From: a virus | Strand: one strand, 5' to 3' | IMG/VR virus record: IMGVR_UViG_3300025849_000010 | Span: 64,001-128,000 of that record | DNA: 64,000 nucleotides | Shown here: one piece after another, positions 28,334-40,300 of the stretch | Layout of the letters: each line of letters begins with the position of its first letter | Position numbering within the stretch: position 1 is the stretch's first letter | Made by a program: the position numbers and the translations under genes | The notes under the pieces: model-generated | What the model was told of the DNA's origin: nothing | What the model saw: the letters and a program-made list of their open reading frames with translations, nothing else | Databases searched by the model: none

Positions 28334-29416
28334 ATGTTAAGACTAGTTAGTGTACCCGATGGCGACTATAAATTAAAAACTAAACCAGGTGGAAAGATCA
28401 CACTCGATCCAGGCGCATCTGGTAACGTAGTCGTTGATGGTAATTTAACTGTAACAGGTAACACTACTACAGTTAATTCTACTATCACAACGATTAAAGA
28501 CCCTATAATAACTTTAAACGAAGGTGATCCGGGCACACAAGGAGCTATAAGTTTTAGAAAAGCCGGTTTGCACATTAATAGAGGTAATGGCATTCCGGAC
28601 ACTTATATAGTCCACGACGAAGACGTAACATTCACTGATCCTTATACTGGAGCACAATCATACGGTGTTATTAACTTTTTCCAAGAATCGTTTACAGGCG
28701 GCGGAACAAGAATAGAAACTTCTGTTCCATTAAAGACACAAAGTATTGTTATTACCCCTGGAACTAAATTTTTATTCCAAGGTCTAGGTAGTACAGGTGT
28801 ACTTGAAGTAGATAGTGCAGCATATGCAGAATCTATTGATCCTAGAGCATCGGGTTGGTTTACAAACGATGACGATAAAATACTTGCTAACAAAGGTTAT
28901 GTAGATTGGAAAATTGTTGACTATCTAAACATAACTGGTGTACCTACAATTTCTAGTACGCTTGCTGATCCAATTACATTTGCACCAATCTCTACTACTG
29001 CGATAACAGTTAAACAAGAAGGTGTTAACTGGACGCAGAATAGTGAAATTGAAATGACTATCGATGATGTTTCTGCTTTTAGAGCATCGAATGAAGATGG
29101 TTTTGAATTTTACAATGCTATTGATGCACAAGGACTTAGAATAAAAGGTTACGATAGCGGAACATTAATCGAAAGTATGGGATCAAACTCGGATCTTACA
29201 CTAACAGTTAGTGGTTCAGGAAGCATACGCATACTAGATGATTTATTAATGGTTAAGAATAGCAGCGAGCCTGCACTTCCTCCTCCGGGCACTGGAACTA
29301 AGTTATACGGTGGAGAAATAGGCGGAGGCGGCACTGGCTTGTATGCTGCAACTGAAGAAGGCAGAGACGAGTTAGCAAGCAGACGAAAGGCAATCATTTA
29401 CGGATTGTTGTTTTAA
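28334..29416 (+). CDS. Structural/fibre-like protein
   Basis: VDGNLTVTGNTTTVNST...DPIITLN motif common in phage fibre proteins. Confidence 0.6.
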   Translation: MLRLVSVPDGDYKLKTKPGGKITLDPGASGNVVVDGNLTVTGNTTTVNSTITTIKDPIITLNEGDPGTQGAISFRKAGLHINRGNGIPDTYIVHDEDVTFTDPYTGAQSYGVINFFQESFTGGGTRIETSVPLKTQSIVITPGTKFLFQGLGSTGVLEVDSAAYAESIDPRASGWFTNDDDKILANKGYVDWKIVDYLNITGVPTISSTLADPITFAPISTTAITVKQEGVNWTQNSEIEMTIDDVSAFRASNEDGFEFYNAIDAQGLRIKGYDSGTLIESMGSNSDLTLTVSGSGSIRILDDLLMVKNSSEPALPPPGTGTKLYGGEIGGGGTGLYAATEEGRDELASRRKAIIYGLLF

Positions 29417-29427
29417 GGGATATAAAA

Positions 29428-29760
29428 ATGGCTATAAAAAATGTAAGAATAAGCACTACTAACGCAACAGAAGTTTTGCTCAATGATCAAGCTGTAGGCG
29501 GCGGTAATGATATAGCTGTTACTATAATGATTTTGTGCAATACATCTGCTAGCACAGACGTAACAGTTGATCTACACGTTGTTGCTGCTGGTGATGCAGC
29601 AGGAGAAGACAATCAAATAATGAAAGATTTGTCGATTCCAGCAGGCGAAAGTTTTAGTTTAGATACTGAAAAATTTGTTATGGAAGAGAATGACGGAATT
29701 CAAGTTGTTGCTAGTACTGCAAACGTAGTTACAGTGACCTCTAGTTACGTGAGGGTATAA
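29428..29760 (+). CDS. Small beta-sandwich structural protein
   Basis: 110 aa in the structural operon; ILCNTS..DVTVDLHVV...IPAGESFSL..EKFVM pattern. Confidence 0.55.
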   Translation: MAIKNVRISTTNATEVLLNDQAVGGGNDIAVTIMILCNTSASTDVTVDLHVVAAGDAAGEDNQIMKDLSIPAGESFSLDTEKFVMEENDGIQVVASTANVVTVTSSYVRV

Positions 29761-29763
29761 AGA

Positions 29764-32700
29764 ATGAAGTTTTTAAAACGTAATACACTTGCTTCTAAAA
29801 ATGTAAAAGACGAAGCATTAAAGATTAATAGATATGGTGAAGTAACTTCAGACAGTAAAATGTCTATTGGTAAATCTTCGCGTCCAATTGTAGAATTAGA
29901 TGTCAACGGAAGTGCAAATGTATCTGATACACTTAACGCTAACGTATTGCAAGCAACTGTATTAGAACCACAGTTCTCAAATGGCGACTTATCTATACGT
30001 GCAAGTGGTACTGGTAATGTTGTTATTAACAACTTGCTTACCGTTGGCGAAACTGCAACTACTTTTACAGGCGAAGTTGTTAACATCAACAACTTGAGAC
30101 TAGATGGCGACGGCGGTCGCACAGGTATATCAGCAATTGATTCAAATACCGGACTTTATTTAGATAGTGCCGGTACAGAAGGAATTTATGCTAACGGTGT
30201 AGACATTACTAAAACAGAAGGTAATGTAATTTGGGTTACTGCAAATGGTAGTGACGGCAATACAGGCGAAAGTATGCAAGACGCACTTGCAACTGTTAGA
30301 CAAGCTCTTATTATTGCACGTAACGGAGATACTGTTAAAATCGGAACAGGGACATTTGAAGAAATCTTTCCATTAACTGTATATCCCGGCGTGTCTATTA
30401 ACGGACAAGGAATACGCTCTACACAAATTAAACCAACTGCTGCGACACGTGATCAAAACTGTTTCCAGTTTAGAGGCGGCGCATCAGTTAAAGACTTGAC
30501 TGTTCGAGAAATGGAATATAATAGCATAGCTGATAGAGGTTATGCTTTCTGTTACGATGAGTCAACAACAGCAACATTTACTCGTGGTCCTTACATTATG
30601 AACGTAACTGTTCTTAACTTCGGATCAACAGTACGTTTAGGCATTAACTCACCGGATGATCCATACGGATATAGTGCAGGTGATGCAGGCCGTGGTATTA
30701 AAGCTGACGGCAGATACGTTAATAGAAATTCTATAGAACCAAGTTTCCTTGTAAACGAAGCTACATTCTTTTGCCCAGGACAAACTGCTATTGTACTGAC
30801 AAACGGTACACGTATGGAGTATTTAAACTCATTTGTTTACCTAGCAGACAAAGCAATACATGCAACTACAGGAACACAAGGCTGGGGCGGCACTGGGCAA
30901 ACTTATGTCATTGTTAACAATGTCACCGGCGGAAACTTTATTCCGGGCGAAACAGTACGTTACACTTCAACAGATGGTTCAACAGTAGCACAGTTCCAAA
31001 TATCAAGCTGGGACGTATCAACTCAAACATTGTCAATTACAGGACTATATACTGGACTCGACGGAGTTGACTTTACACCGCAATATGGTCAAGGTGGTTC
31101 AATTATTGGTACAGTTTCTGGTGTACAAGCAGAAAATATTGTAGAAGTTACAAAGTTTGAGTTTGGCGCAGAACTAAGAGCAATTGGCTCCGCAATGGTA
31201 TACGGTAACACAGGTGTTGTTGCTGATGGACCAGGTGTAAGTTTGCGCTTAATTGGACACAACTTTGCATACATTGGCGCAGGCAAACTAACATCTAACC
31301 GTGCTTCGGATGCAATACAAGCAAACGAAGTTGTTGAAACTAACGGTGCTAAAGTTCGCTATACATCAACTGACCATTTAGGCGACTTCCGTGTAGGCGA
31401 TCTGTTTTATGTATCACAAGAAACAGGGGAAGTGCAAATTGACGGCAGTGGGCTTAATTTTGGTGCGCTAGCAGGTGGATTAGTATTTGATGACGGCGCA
31501 GGAAACAAGAGTAGTATTACTGCTACTGAACTAACAACTGGATTTTTAACTTTCACAAGCAACGCTATTGGATCAACTGATATACTAGAAATTGATTCGT
31601 TAGATGCAATGACATTGTATGCTGCTGAAGGTGACATATCAATCAATGCAGCTGACGGAACACAGCAACTAGAAATCACTGGTGGGCCAATTATTTTACG
31701 AGGAGAAATCCAACTTGGTACTGATCCGCTATTACAAGGTGATGACTTTCCTCATGTAACTAAATTTAAATCGTTTGTTGAAAGCAACATACAGCCAGCT
31801 CCTGAATTTACAGGGATATGGGACTTAGGACAACCTGACGCAGTCTGGGCAACACTGTATGCAAGTGCAGTGCAAGTAGATGACATACGTTTAGAAGATA
31901 ATAAAATCTCAGTTAATAATACTAACTCTGATTTAGAAATTATACCAAGCGGTGCAGGTAGTGTTCTCATTGGAGGTACAACTTATCTTAAAGTACCAGT
32001 AGGTAATACACCCGAACGTGGTCCAAATGCACAAGCAGGTGCTATCCGATTCAACACACAAATTCAGCAGTTTGAAGGTTATCAGGGAACAGCATGGAGC
32101 TCACTAGGCGGCATTAAAGACATTGACGGTAATACATATATTACTCCAGAAGTATCTCCAGGGTCTAACGATGATAGGTTTGATATATACGCTGGCGGAA
32201 CATTAATCGGACAGTGGGATTTTGATGATCTTACAGTAAATTCTACTAGATTTAATAACAACAACTTTACGTTTGAAAATAATGTCATGAAAATGACAGA
32301 CATTGATACTAACTATCGTTTTGAAATAACTCCAGGTGGAACTGGTGAATTCTTCTTTAACAAAACAGTTCATATTGAAGGCGACATTGTATTGCCAGGC
32401 GGCACTATTAGTGCGCCTAATGCAACGCTATCTATTACAAGTTTAGCAGCACAAAATTTTGCAAGTGATATTATTCCTGACGTTAATATGGCGTATGACA
32501 TTGGTCATACAACTTCGATGTTTAGTGCAGCGTACATTGCAGAAGTTAACACATCAGATTTTAGATTATTTCAAAATAGAATTAGCACTATAAACACAAA
32601 TGCTGATTTTGAAATTCAAGCAGCTGGCAGCGGTCAAGTTAGAATCATCGGCGATTCGGCATTAGTAATACCAGTTGGCGGCAATTCTGTAAGACCTGCA

Positions 32701-34266
32701 GGAGAACTTGGACAAGTACGCTTTAATACTGATACTAATCAGTATGAAGGATACAACGGTATTGCATGGAGTTCATTAGGCGGCGTTCGTGATGTAGACG
32801 GCGACACTTACATAATTCCAGAAACAAGTCCAGGATCTAACGAAGACACATTGTTCTTCTATGGCGGCGGCATTGAGTTACTAAGACTTAACAATCAAGG
32901 CTTCCAAGGCGGAATATTAATTGATGGCAATTTAAGCATTGAAGGCAATGCAATTAAAACACTACAGTCAAACTCCGATATTGACATTATGCCAAACGGC
33001 ACAGGCGAAGTTAATCTTGATGCAAATACAAACGTTACTGGTGTTTTAAATGCAAGCAATTGGGTAACTACTCCTAGAGCATTTATTACAGGCGAACTAA
33101 TAAACAGAATTGCATACATTGACTTTCAAAATGAAATACAAACTAGTGACAACTTGCAGTTTGATGACACTGAATTAACAGTAAATGTTCCTACAAATAT
33201 TAACGGAAACACTACTATTGATGGCATACTAAACATCACAGCAAATATTAACACCCCTGAAGTATTTTCGGATTTCTTAACTGTTGCTGAAGATGCATAC
33301 TTCCTAAAGAATGTTTACTTTGACGAAGTTGGAGTGTTTGGTACACGAATAGCTACACTTAATACAAATGCTCCGTTGCAACTTGATGCAGCAGGCAACG
33401 GTAGAATTGTTTCAATGAAAAACATGACCGTTGAAGGTGAGTTGTTTATTGAAGGTGACTTATACGGTAGTTCAACTACTCAGAATGTCTTTAACACAAC
33501 AGCTACTACTATAAATGCATTCGGTCAAGCAACAAACATTAGTTTTGGTAATGCAGCAGGTACAACTAGATTTAATTCTAACACCGGATCGTTAGCATAT
33601 AATAGCGGCGCTGTTGTTATTGGCGGCGGATTGGGAGTCGGAGAAAATATTAATGTACTCGGAGACCTAGCTGTACAAGGCGGTGAAATCCGTACTGCAC
33701 AAGAAAACTTTGATCTTCTTAGAGATAACATACAGTTCTTAAGAGCATTTAACAGTGCAATTAGTATTGAATTTGGCGCAACAACTGGACAAACTTCCTT
33801 TGAGTCAACAGACTCTAGCACTAGTGTACTAACAGGTGGTGCAATATTTAAAGGCGGCATCGGTGTTGCTGAGAACGTTTATGTCGGCGGCATTATTAAT
33901 GCTACCAATACAGTAGATTCTACAAGTGCAGCAACTGGTGCAATAGTAACTGAAGGCGGAGTCGGTATTGGCAAAGCACTTTATGTTGCAGGCCTTACAA
34001 GACTTGAAGATCCAACTAGTTCTACATCTAGTACAACAGGAGCGTTATTAGTAACCGGCGGTGTTGGCATTGCTGAGAATATAAACGTTGCTGGCATTAT
34101 GCAAATCGAATCAACTACTGAGTCGGGAAGTACTACTTCCGGAGCATTAGTAGTAGAGGGCGGAGTTGGCGTTGGTAGAGATATCTACGTTGGACAAGAT
34201 TTAGAAGGCGCTGGAATTGATTTAAGTTACATTAATAACTTCACAATTGATGGCGGCACATTCTAA
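29764..34266 (+). CDS. 1500 aa fibre/structural protein with beta-helix-like N-terminal region and internal repeats
   Basis: WVTANGSDGNTG...LATVRQAL...GDTVKIGTGTFEE (DUF1565/pectate-lyase-like start); duplicated RFNT..Q.EGY.G.AWSSLGG..D.DG.TYI.PE.SPGSN.D module; C-terminal STTGALxVxGGVG repeats. Confidence 0.75.
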   Translation: MKFLKRNTLASKNVKDEALKINRYGEVTSDSKMSIGKSSRPIVELDVNGSANVSDTLNANVLQATVLEPQFSNGDLSIRASGTGNVVINNLLTVGETATTFTGEVVNINNLRLDGDGGRTGISAIDSNTGLYLDSAGTEGIYANGVDITKTEGNVIWVTANGSDGNTGESMQDALATVRQALIIARNGDTVKIGTGTFEEIFPLTVYPGVSINGQGIRSTQIKPTAATRDQNCFQFRGGASVKDLTVREMEYNSIADRGYAFCYDESTTATFTRGPYIMNVTVLNFGSTVRLGINSPDDPYGYSAGDAGRGIKADGRYVNRNSIEPSFLVNEATFFCPGQTAIVLTNGTRMEYLNSFVYLADKAIHATTGTQGWGGTGQTYVIVNNVTGGNFIPGETVRYTSTDGSTVAQFQISSWDVSTQTLSITGLYTGLDGVDFTPQYGQGGSIIGTVSGVQAENIVEVTKFEFGAELRAIGSAMVYGNTGVVADGPGVSLRLIGHNFAYIGAGKLTSNRASDAIQANEVVETNGAKVRYTSTDHLGDFRVGDLFYVSQETGEVQIDGSGLNFGALAGGLVFDDGAGNKSSITATELTTGFLTFTSNAIGSTDILEIDSLDAMTLYAAEGDISINAADGTQQLEITGGPIILRGEIQLGTDPLLQGDDFPHVTKFKSFVESNIQPAPEFTGIWDLGQPDAVWATLYASAVQVDDIRLEDNKISVNNTNSDLEIIPSGAGSVLIGGTTYLKVPVGNTPERGPNAQAGAIRFNTQIQQFEGYQGTAWSSLGGIKDIDGNTYITPEVSPGSNDDRFDIYAGGTLIGQWDFDDLTVNSTRFNNNNFTFENNVMKMTDIDTNYRFEITPGGTGEFFFNKTVHIEGDIVLPGGTISAPNATLSITSLAAQNFASDIIPDVNMAYDIGHTTSMFSAAYIAEVNTSDFRLFQNRISTINTNADFEIQAAGSGQVRIIGDSALVIPVGGNSVRPAGELGQVRFNTDTNQYEGYNGIAWSSLGGVRDVDGDTYIIPETSPGSNEDTLFFYGGGIELLRLNNQGFQGGILIDGNLSIEGNAIKTLQSNSDIDIMPNGTGEVNLDANTNVTGVLNASNWVTTPRAFITGELINRIAYIDFQNEIQTSDNLQFDDTELTVNVPTNINGNTTIDGILNITANINTPEVFSDFLTVAEDAYFLKNVYFDEVGVFGTRIATLNTNAPLQLDAAGNGRIVSMKNMTVEGELFIEGDLYGSSTTQNVFNTTATTINAFGQATNISFGNAAGTTRFNSNTGSLAYNSGAVVIGGGLGVGENINVLGDLAVQGGEIRTAQENFDLLRDNIQFLRAFNSAISIEFGATTGQTSFESTDSSTSVLTGGAIFKGGIGVAENVYVGGIINATNTVDSTSAATGAIVTEGGVGIGKALYVAGLTRLEDPTSSTSSTTGALLVTGGVGIAENINVAGIMQIESTTESGSTTSGALVVEGGVGVGRDIYVGQDLEGAGIDLSYINNFTIDGGTF

Positions 34267-34334
34267 AAAATCCGTATCCTTCTCAAAGAAATAAATACAT
34301 ATACAAGAATATCGTAACTGGGAAGTAACCAATA

Positions 34335-37300
34335 ATGGCAAATAAAATATTACACAAACGAAATAATGTTAGCGGACAAGAGCCTCTTGCAGAGCAATTA
34401 GACCTAGGCGAAATTGCTATTAACACTGCTGATGGTAAAATGTTTATTAAACAGTCCGACGGCAGTATTAAAGATGTAACACAACAAATTGAAAAAGGTG
34501 ACACACGAGTTGTAGTAAACGACCAAGGAAATGGCGTTGTTACAATGGAAGTCGACGGCATTGAAAAATTACGTGTAGACGGTACAAAGGTTTATGTATC
34601 CGATGATTTAGAAATTGATGATCAAGGATCGATTAAATTAAAAGAACTTGGACAATTTGGTAGTAGTTCAGTTAATATTAAAGCACCGCCAGAATTGGAA
34701 GAGTCTTATGATATTATACTTCCAGATACCGATGCTCGCAAAGGACAAATTTTACAGAATCTAGGCTTTGGCCAAACTAAATGGAGTGACCCAGGCTCCT
34801 TAGGTGGTAACAGAGTTTACGTAAGTGCAGAGTACGGTGACGATACAAATGACGGACGCACAGGCGCTGTTAAAACAATTAAACGTGCTGCACAAATTGC
34901 ATCCGACGGTATTTTTACACCAGTTGTTGATCCAGGTGAAAGTGCATATGCAGCTAAAGACTTATTAGAAGTAAACAGAACTTTCTTGCAAACAGAAGTT
35001 CTAAACTTTAGTACTAAAGCATTTAACATTACTTATGATCAAGCTAAGTGTGAACGAGATGTTGGCTTAATTATTGATGCAATTGAAAATGACTTGCGCT
35101 TTGGCGGCGATGCAGCTACCTCACACGCAGGTGCAGCATATTCATTAGAAAGTTCTGCACTAGTTAAACAAGCTCAAGATGTTGCTACATCATACGGTTT
35201 ACAACGTGCTAGAGATCTTGCTAAATCAGTTGTTACTAACACGCCTATTATTGATACAACACAAGTAGCAGTAGCGCAGCAATTTGACGGTACAAAAACT
35301 GCAACAGCAAGCGAAGCAGCAACAGTTGAATCACTAGGACAAAAAGTTGTCGACTTTTACGACAACGGCGTTGGCGAAGCTCCTAACGAAACTCAAACAC
35401 AAGATGTTGGTCTACTAAATGCTGAAACATTAATTGACAACAACAAAACCTTTATTCAAAACGAAGTTATTGCTTTCTTAAATAATAAGTACAGCGGATT
35501 TAGTTTTGATGCAGCTAAATGTTCTCGAGATACTGGGTATATTGTTGACGCTGCAAATTTTGACTTACTATACAGTGGTAATGCAGAATCTCATTATGCA
35601 GGTATAACTTACTTAAATGCAACAGCATCTTTAGTACGTTCGGATCAAAAACAAGAAACACTTGCAGGCATTGACTATGCTAGATCTCTAGCAGAAAAAG
35701 TTGTATTAGGCCAGCAAGTTGATTACTTGTATCAAACAACAGTGGCACAAAACACTGAATTAACTCCTGGTACGCAAACTGAAGCAACAACAGTCTTTAA
35801 TAACATTAGCAAAGTTTATTCAATCCTAAACAACGGTATTGGTACTGCTAACGGAGTAGTAACGACTGATGCAGGCAAGTTAAATTCAGAAACACTTATT
35901 GATCAAAACCAAGACTTTATTAAAGAAGAAGTTATTGGATACTTAACTACAACTTATCCAGGCTTTTCATACGATCAGAACAAGTGTCGTAGAGATGTAG
36001 GATATATTTTAGATGCTATTAGTTACGACTTAACACATGGCGGTAACAATGAAAGTATTCAAGCAGCACTAGCGTATTACCAGTGGACTGCAAAAGATGC
36101 AGTTAACTTGCAATTGGCAGAAACAAGAGCAGGAATTACATATGCAATTGATCTTGCTAAACTTGTTATTGTTAACCAAGATCCTGCTACTAGTTATCAA
36201 GGTATATTTGCACAGTTTAAAGACGCAGGCAATCCAGGCGATGCAACTTCACAAACTATACTTACTGGATTAGGCAGCTTAATTGACGATATCATCACAG
36301 ATGGCGATAGTACTACTATTGGCCTAGACATTGATCCTAATAACTCTGTACCAAGTGCAGTTCAAGATACAGTAAATGCTAATGCAATTCTTGCAGCAAA
36401 CAAAGAATTTATTCAAGCTGAAGTTGTAGCGTTTATTGAAGAAAACTTTGGCAACTTTAATTACGATCCAGTTGCATGTGAAAGAGATGTTGGCTTAATT
36501 GTTGATGCAGTTAAGTTTGATATTGAACACGGTGGCGATGCTGAAAGTATTTTTGCAGGGATAAGTTATTACAACAATGTAACAACTGGCACTGGGGAAA
36601 TCACAGGCGATGCTATTGAAGTTCTAAGAAAGCAACTACAGCCTACATTAGACGCTGTAGAATATGCTAGAGATTTGCTTGCAAACGTTGTATTACAAAA
36701 TGCAGTATCAAATCTTTACCAAAGTGGAACAACGCAAACATTCGACGGCACAAATCCAAGCACAACAAGTGTAGCACAAACAGTTTTTAATCGTGCTAAT
36801 ACTATATTAACTATTCTTAAGAATGGGTTAGGTACAACTAACAGCTTTACAAAAACTACCGGAATTGGTGCGTTAAACACTGAAGCATTGTTGCAAGCAA
36901 ACACTGCATTTTTGCAAGAAGAAGTACTTGGGTATATTAATAATCAATATCCTGGACTAACATATGACCAAGCTTCATGTCGCAGAGACGTTGAATTAAT
37001 TGTTGATGCTATTGCGTATGACTTAACACACGGCGGTAATACAAATAGTATTGCAGCAGGTACAGCATACTATAGACAAGCAGCAGCACTTGTAGTCACT
37101 GGACAAAGTACAGAAACTTTAGCAGGCCTAGTGCATCTAAAAGAACTTGCACAAAAAGTTGTTCGTAACGTAACAGTTGACGTTACATATAGTGCAACAC
37201 CTCAAGTATTTGACGGTGCAAACCCAGGTGATGTAACAAGTGCAAACACAGTAGGAACACTAGCTGATATTGTTATTGATATTGTTGACGATGGACTAAG

Positions 37301-40300
37301 TCCTTATATTAACATTACAGCAAACGGCGCATTAACAACTGATCAAGACATACTTGATGCAGGCGCATTGATTGCTTCGAACAAACTATTCATACAAAAA
37401 GAAGTAGTTGCTTATGTTGACGGAAGTTGGATTAACTTCTCAAGTAACTATAATCAAACAACTTGCAGTCGCGATGTTGGTTTAATTCTAGATGCAATTA
37501 ACTTTGACTTAACATGGGGCGGAACATCTAATGCTGTTGCTGCTGGTATTGCATACTTTAAACAAAGCAGTCAGCTAACACTACAGCGTCAGTTAGTACA
37601 AACTATTGACGGTATCATGCATGCTATTAGATTAGCACAGCAGGTAGTTGAAAACTATCCAGTAGTAAGTTTCCAAAATACTGCTGCACAAGTAACTGAC
37701 AATTTAAATCCAGGTAGCGCAGAAGCAATTACTAAGATTGCAGAACTTGGCGCACTAATCGAAGACATTGTTATTGACGGAGCAAGTGCAACTGCAGGTG
37801 TTACTATCTTTGGAAACGGAATTGTTCCAAATTCAAACATAGCTGTACAAAACGCAGCAGATTTGATTGCACTAAACAGATCGTTTATTCAAGCTGAAGT
37901 AGTAAGTTACATTAATACTTACTTTACAAACTTCACTTATGACACTGATTTCTGTTACAGAGATGTTGGCTTGTTTATTGATGCAATACAATATGATTTG
38001 ATCTTTGGTGGTAACGAACGTGCTATTGAAGCAGGTAAATCATACTATATTGGTAATACTATTGTTATTCCGGGACAAGAATTCCAAACAGTTCTTGCTA
38101 ATAGATACTTCCAGTCATTAGTAGACAACATATTACAAAACATTGTTAACAAGAAACTTTATCAAAATGTTACTGGTCAAATTACTGACCCAACTAAGAT
38201 AGTTGACGGCACAACACTAGGAATTGTTGAAGCGGAATTTAATACTATTGTTGATATTATTGAAAATGGTCCTACATCGCCTAACATTCCTACAGAAGTT
38301 GAAGGCGCATTTAATATCAGTTACACAACTATTATGGTGTCAACTGGTGAATATAAAGAAGACAACCCAGTTATTATTCCAGACTATGTATCTATTGTTG
38401 GCGATAACTTGCGTACAACTATTATTCGTCCGCTAAATGCTAACCAAGATATTTTCCGTATTCGTAACGGTGCTTATTTGTTAGGTGTTACATTTAAAGA
38501 TGGACTAGATGCATTTAACGTACCTAGCTTTACAGGTAGATATTGTACTGCGTTTGACGATCCGTTTGACACAGGTGTTGATCGTACTGGTTATATAGGA
38601 CTAAGAGATCGTCCGCTTATTACACAGTCGCCATACATACAAAACGTATCTATTATTTCGTTCTTAGGTCTAAGCGGTTGTTTAGTAGACGGTTCAAAAG
38701 TTATTACACCGAACGTACCGCGTTTTGCTATCGAAGCTGAAAATCCAGTATTTGGTGAAACACCTGAACAAGGTAAGTCAATGGTTGCTAACGCATATAC
38801 TATGCTATCATTTGGTGGTATTGGCTGGCGCTTAACTAACGATGCATACGCACAGATCGTTTCGTGTTTCCAAATTTTCCTTGGAAATGGTTGCTGGTGT
38901 CAGTCAGGTGCTTACCTTTCTGTTACTAACTCTGCTACTAACTTTGGTCTATACGCACTACGTTCGTCAGGTTACTCTGCAAACAGCTTTGTGTTTGACC
39001 GTGGTGTTATTGCAGAAGTCGGCGCCCAAGCATCGCAGCAAAAACTTATCACAGTTGGTACTAAGCGTACTCCAGTTAACCAATTCGTTATTAGATTGTA
39101 CGACGATGACGAGTACAATAACTTAGCAAACGATATTACAAACAGCTTTAAAACTATTCCAAATATTGTTTACTTTAATGCAGGCGAACTTGGAGAATTA
39201 TATGGCGATGCTGCAAACTACGAAGTTGTAGCAGTAGGGTCAACTACATTTACAGTACAAATAGGATCTGGCAAAAACTTAGGATCTTGGGTCGAAGGCG
39301 GCACAGTTGACATAAACGGTGCATTTAATCCAGCAGCAGTATTGTCAGCTTCGTATAATAATACAAACGGTGCTTTAGAAATTGAAGTAACTACTTTACC
39401 GAATATTGGTGACATAGTAACACTTACTACATTGACTTTTGACGGAACTAACTACCCTGTAAACGAAGAAGGTTCACTAAGTCTTGAAGACAATACTATT
39501 ACTATTCCGGGACACGGCTTAGTAACAGGAGATGCATTAACATATCGCAGAAACGGTAATATTGAAATTAACGGCTTTGCAGACCAAGGTTTGTATTATG
39601 TCGAGGTTCTAACTGATGATATTATTAGACTATATCAAGATGACTCAAGAGGATTCGTTGCAGATATTATTGACGTATCAACAGGACAACATTATTTCGA
39701 AACACAGACTGAAGAATTCTTTATCGATGATATCATTCTTGATGCAGATAGCAATAAACTAACACACAACAAGTATCAGGTGTTAACACTTGCACCAGGA
39801 ACATATAACTTTGAACCAGGTGACACTATTGAAGCAACAACTGGGGTTTATAGAAACAAGGCGTTTGTTTATACCTACGAAGCTGCAACAAGACAGCTAA
39901 CTGTATCAGTTGAGAAAGCAGACAATTCAGGTTCACTAACAAGAATCTTCTTTGATGCAACTTCGATTATTGATAGAGATAGTAGTGCTATTCCGCAAAG
40001 TAATATACCTGTAACAGGATTTACTTCTAGAACAGACTTATTTACAGCAGAGTTTACAATTGATCCGACTATTGTAGGTGGCGTACTAACTAATACAGGT
40101 GCGTTAAAAGGAACATTTATTCGCTTGCATAGACCTTCAATTGTTAACAGTTCGTCACACACTTGGGAATATGCAGGTTCAGGTACAGACTATAACGCTC
40201 TACCACAGAACGGCGGTATTACAAGAGAAGAATTTGAACAGTTTAGTGACTTACCAGGACGAGTTTACTCTTCAGGTACTAACGAACTTGGTGACTTTAA

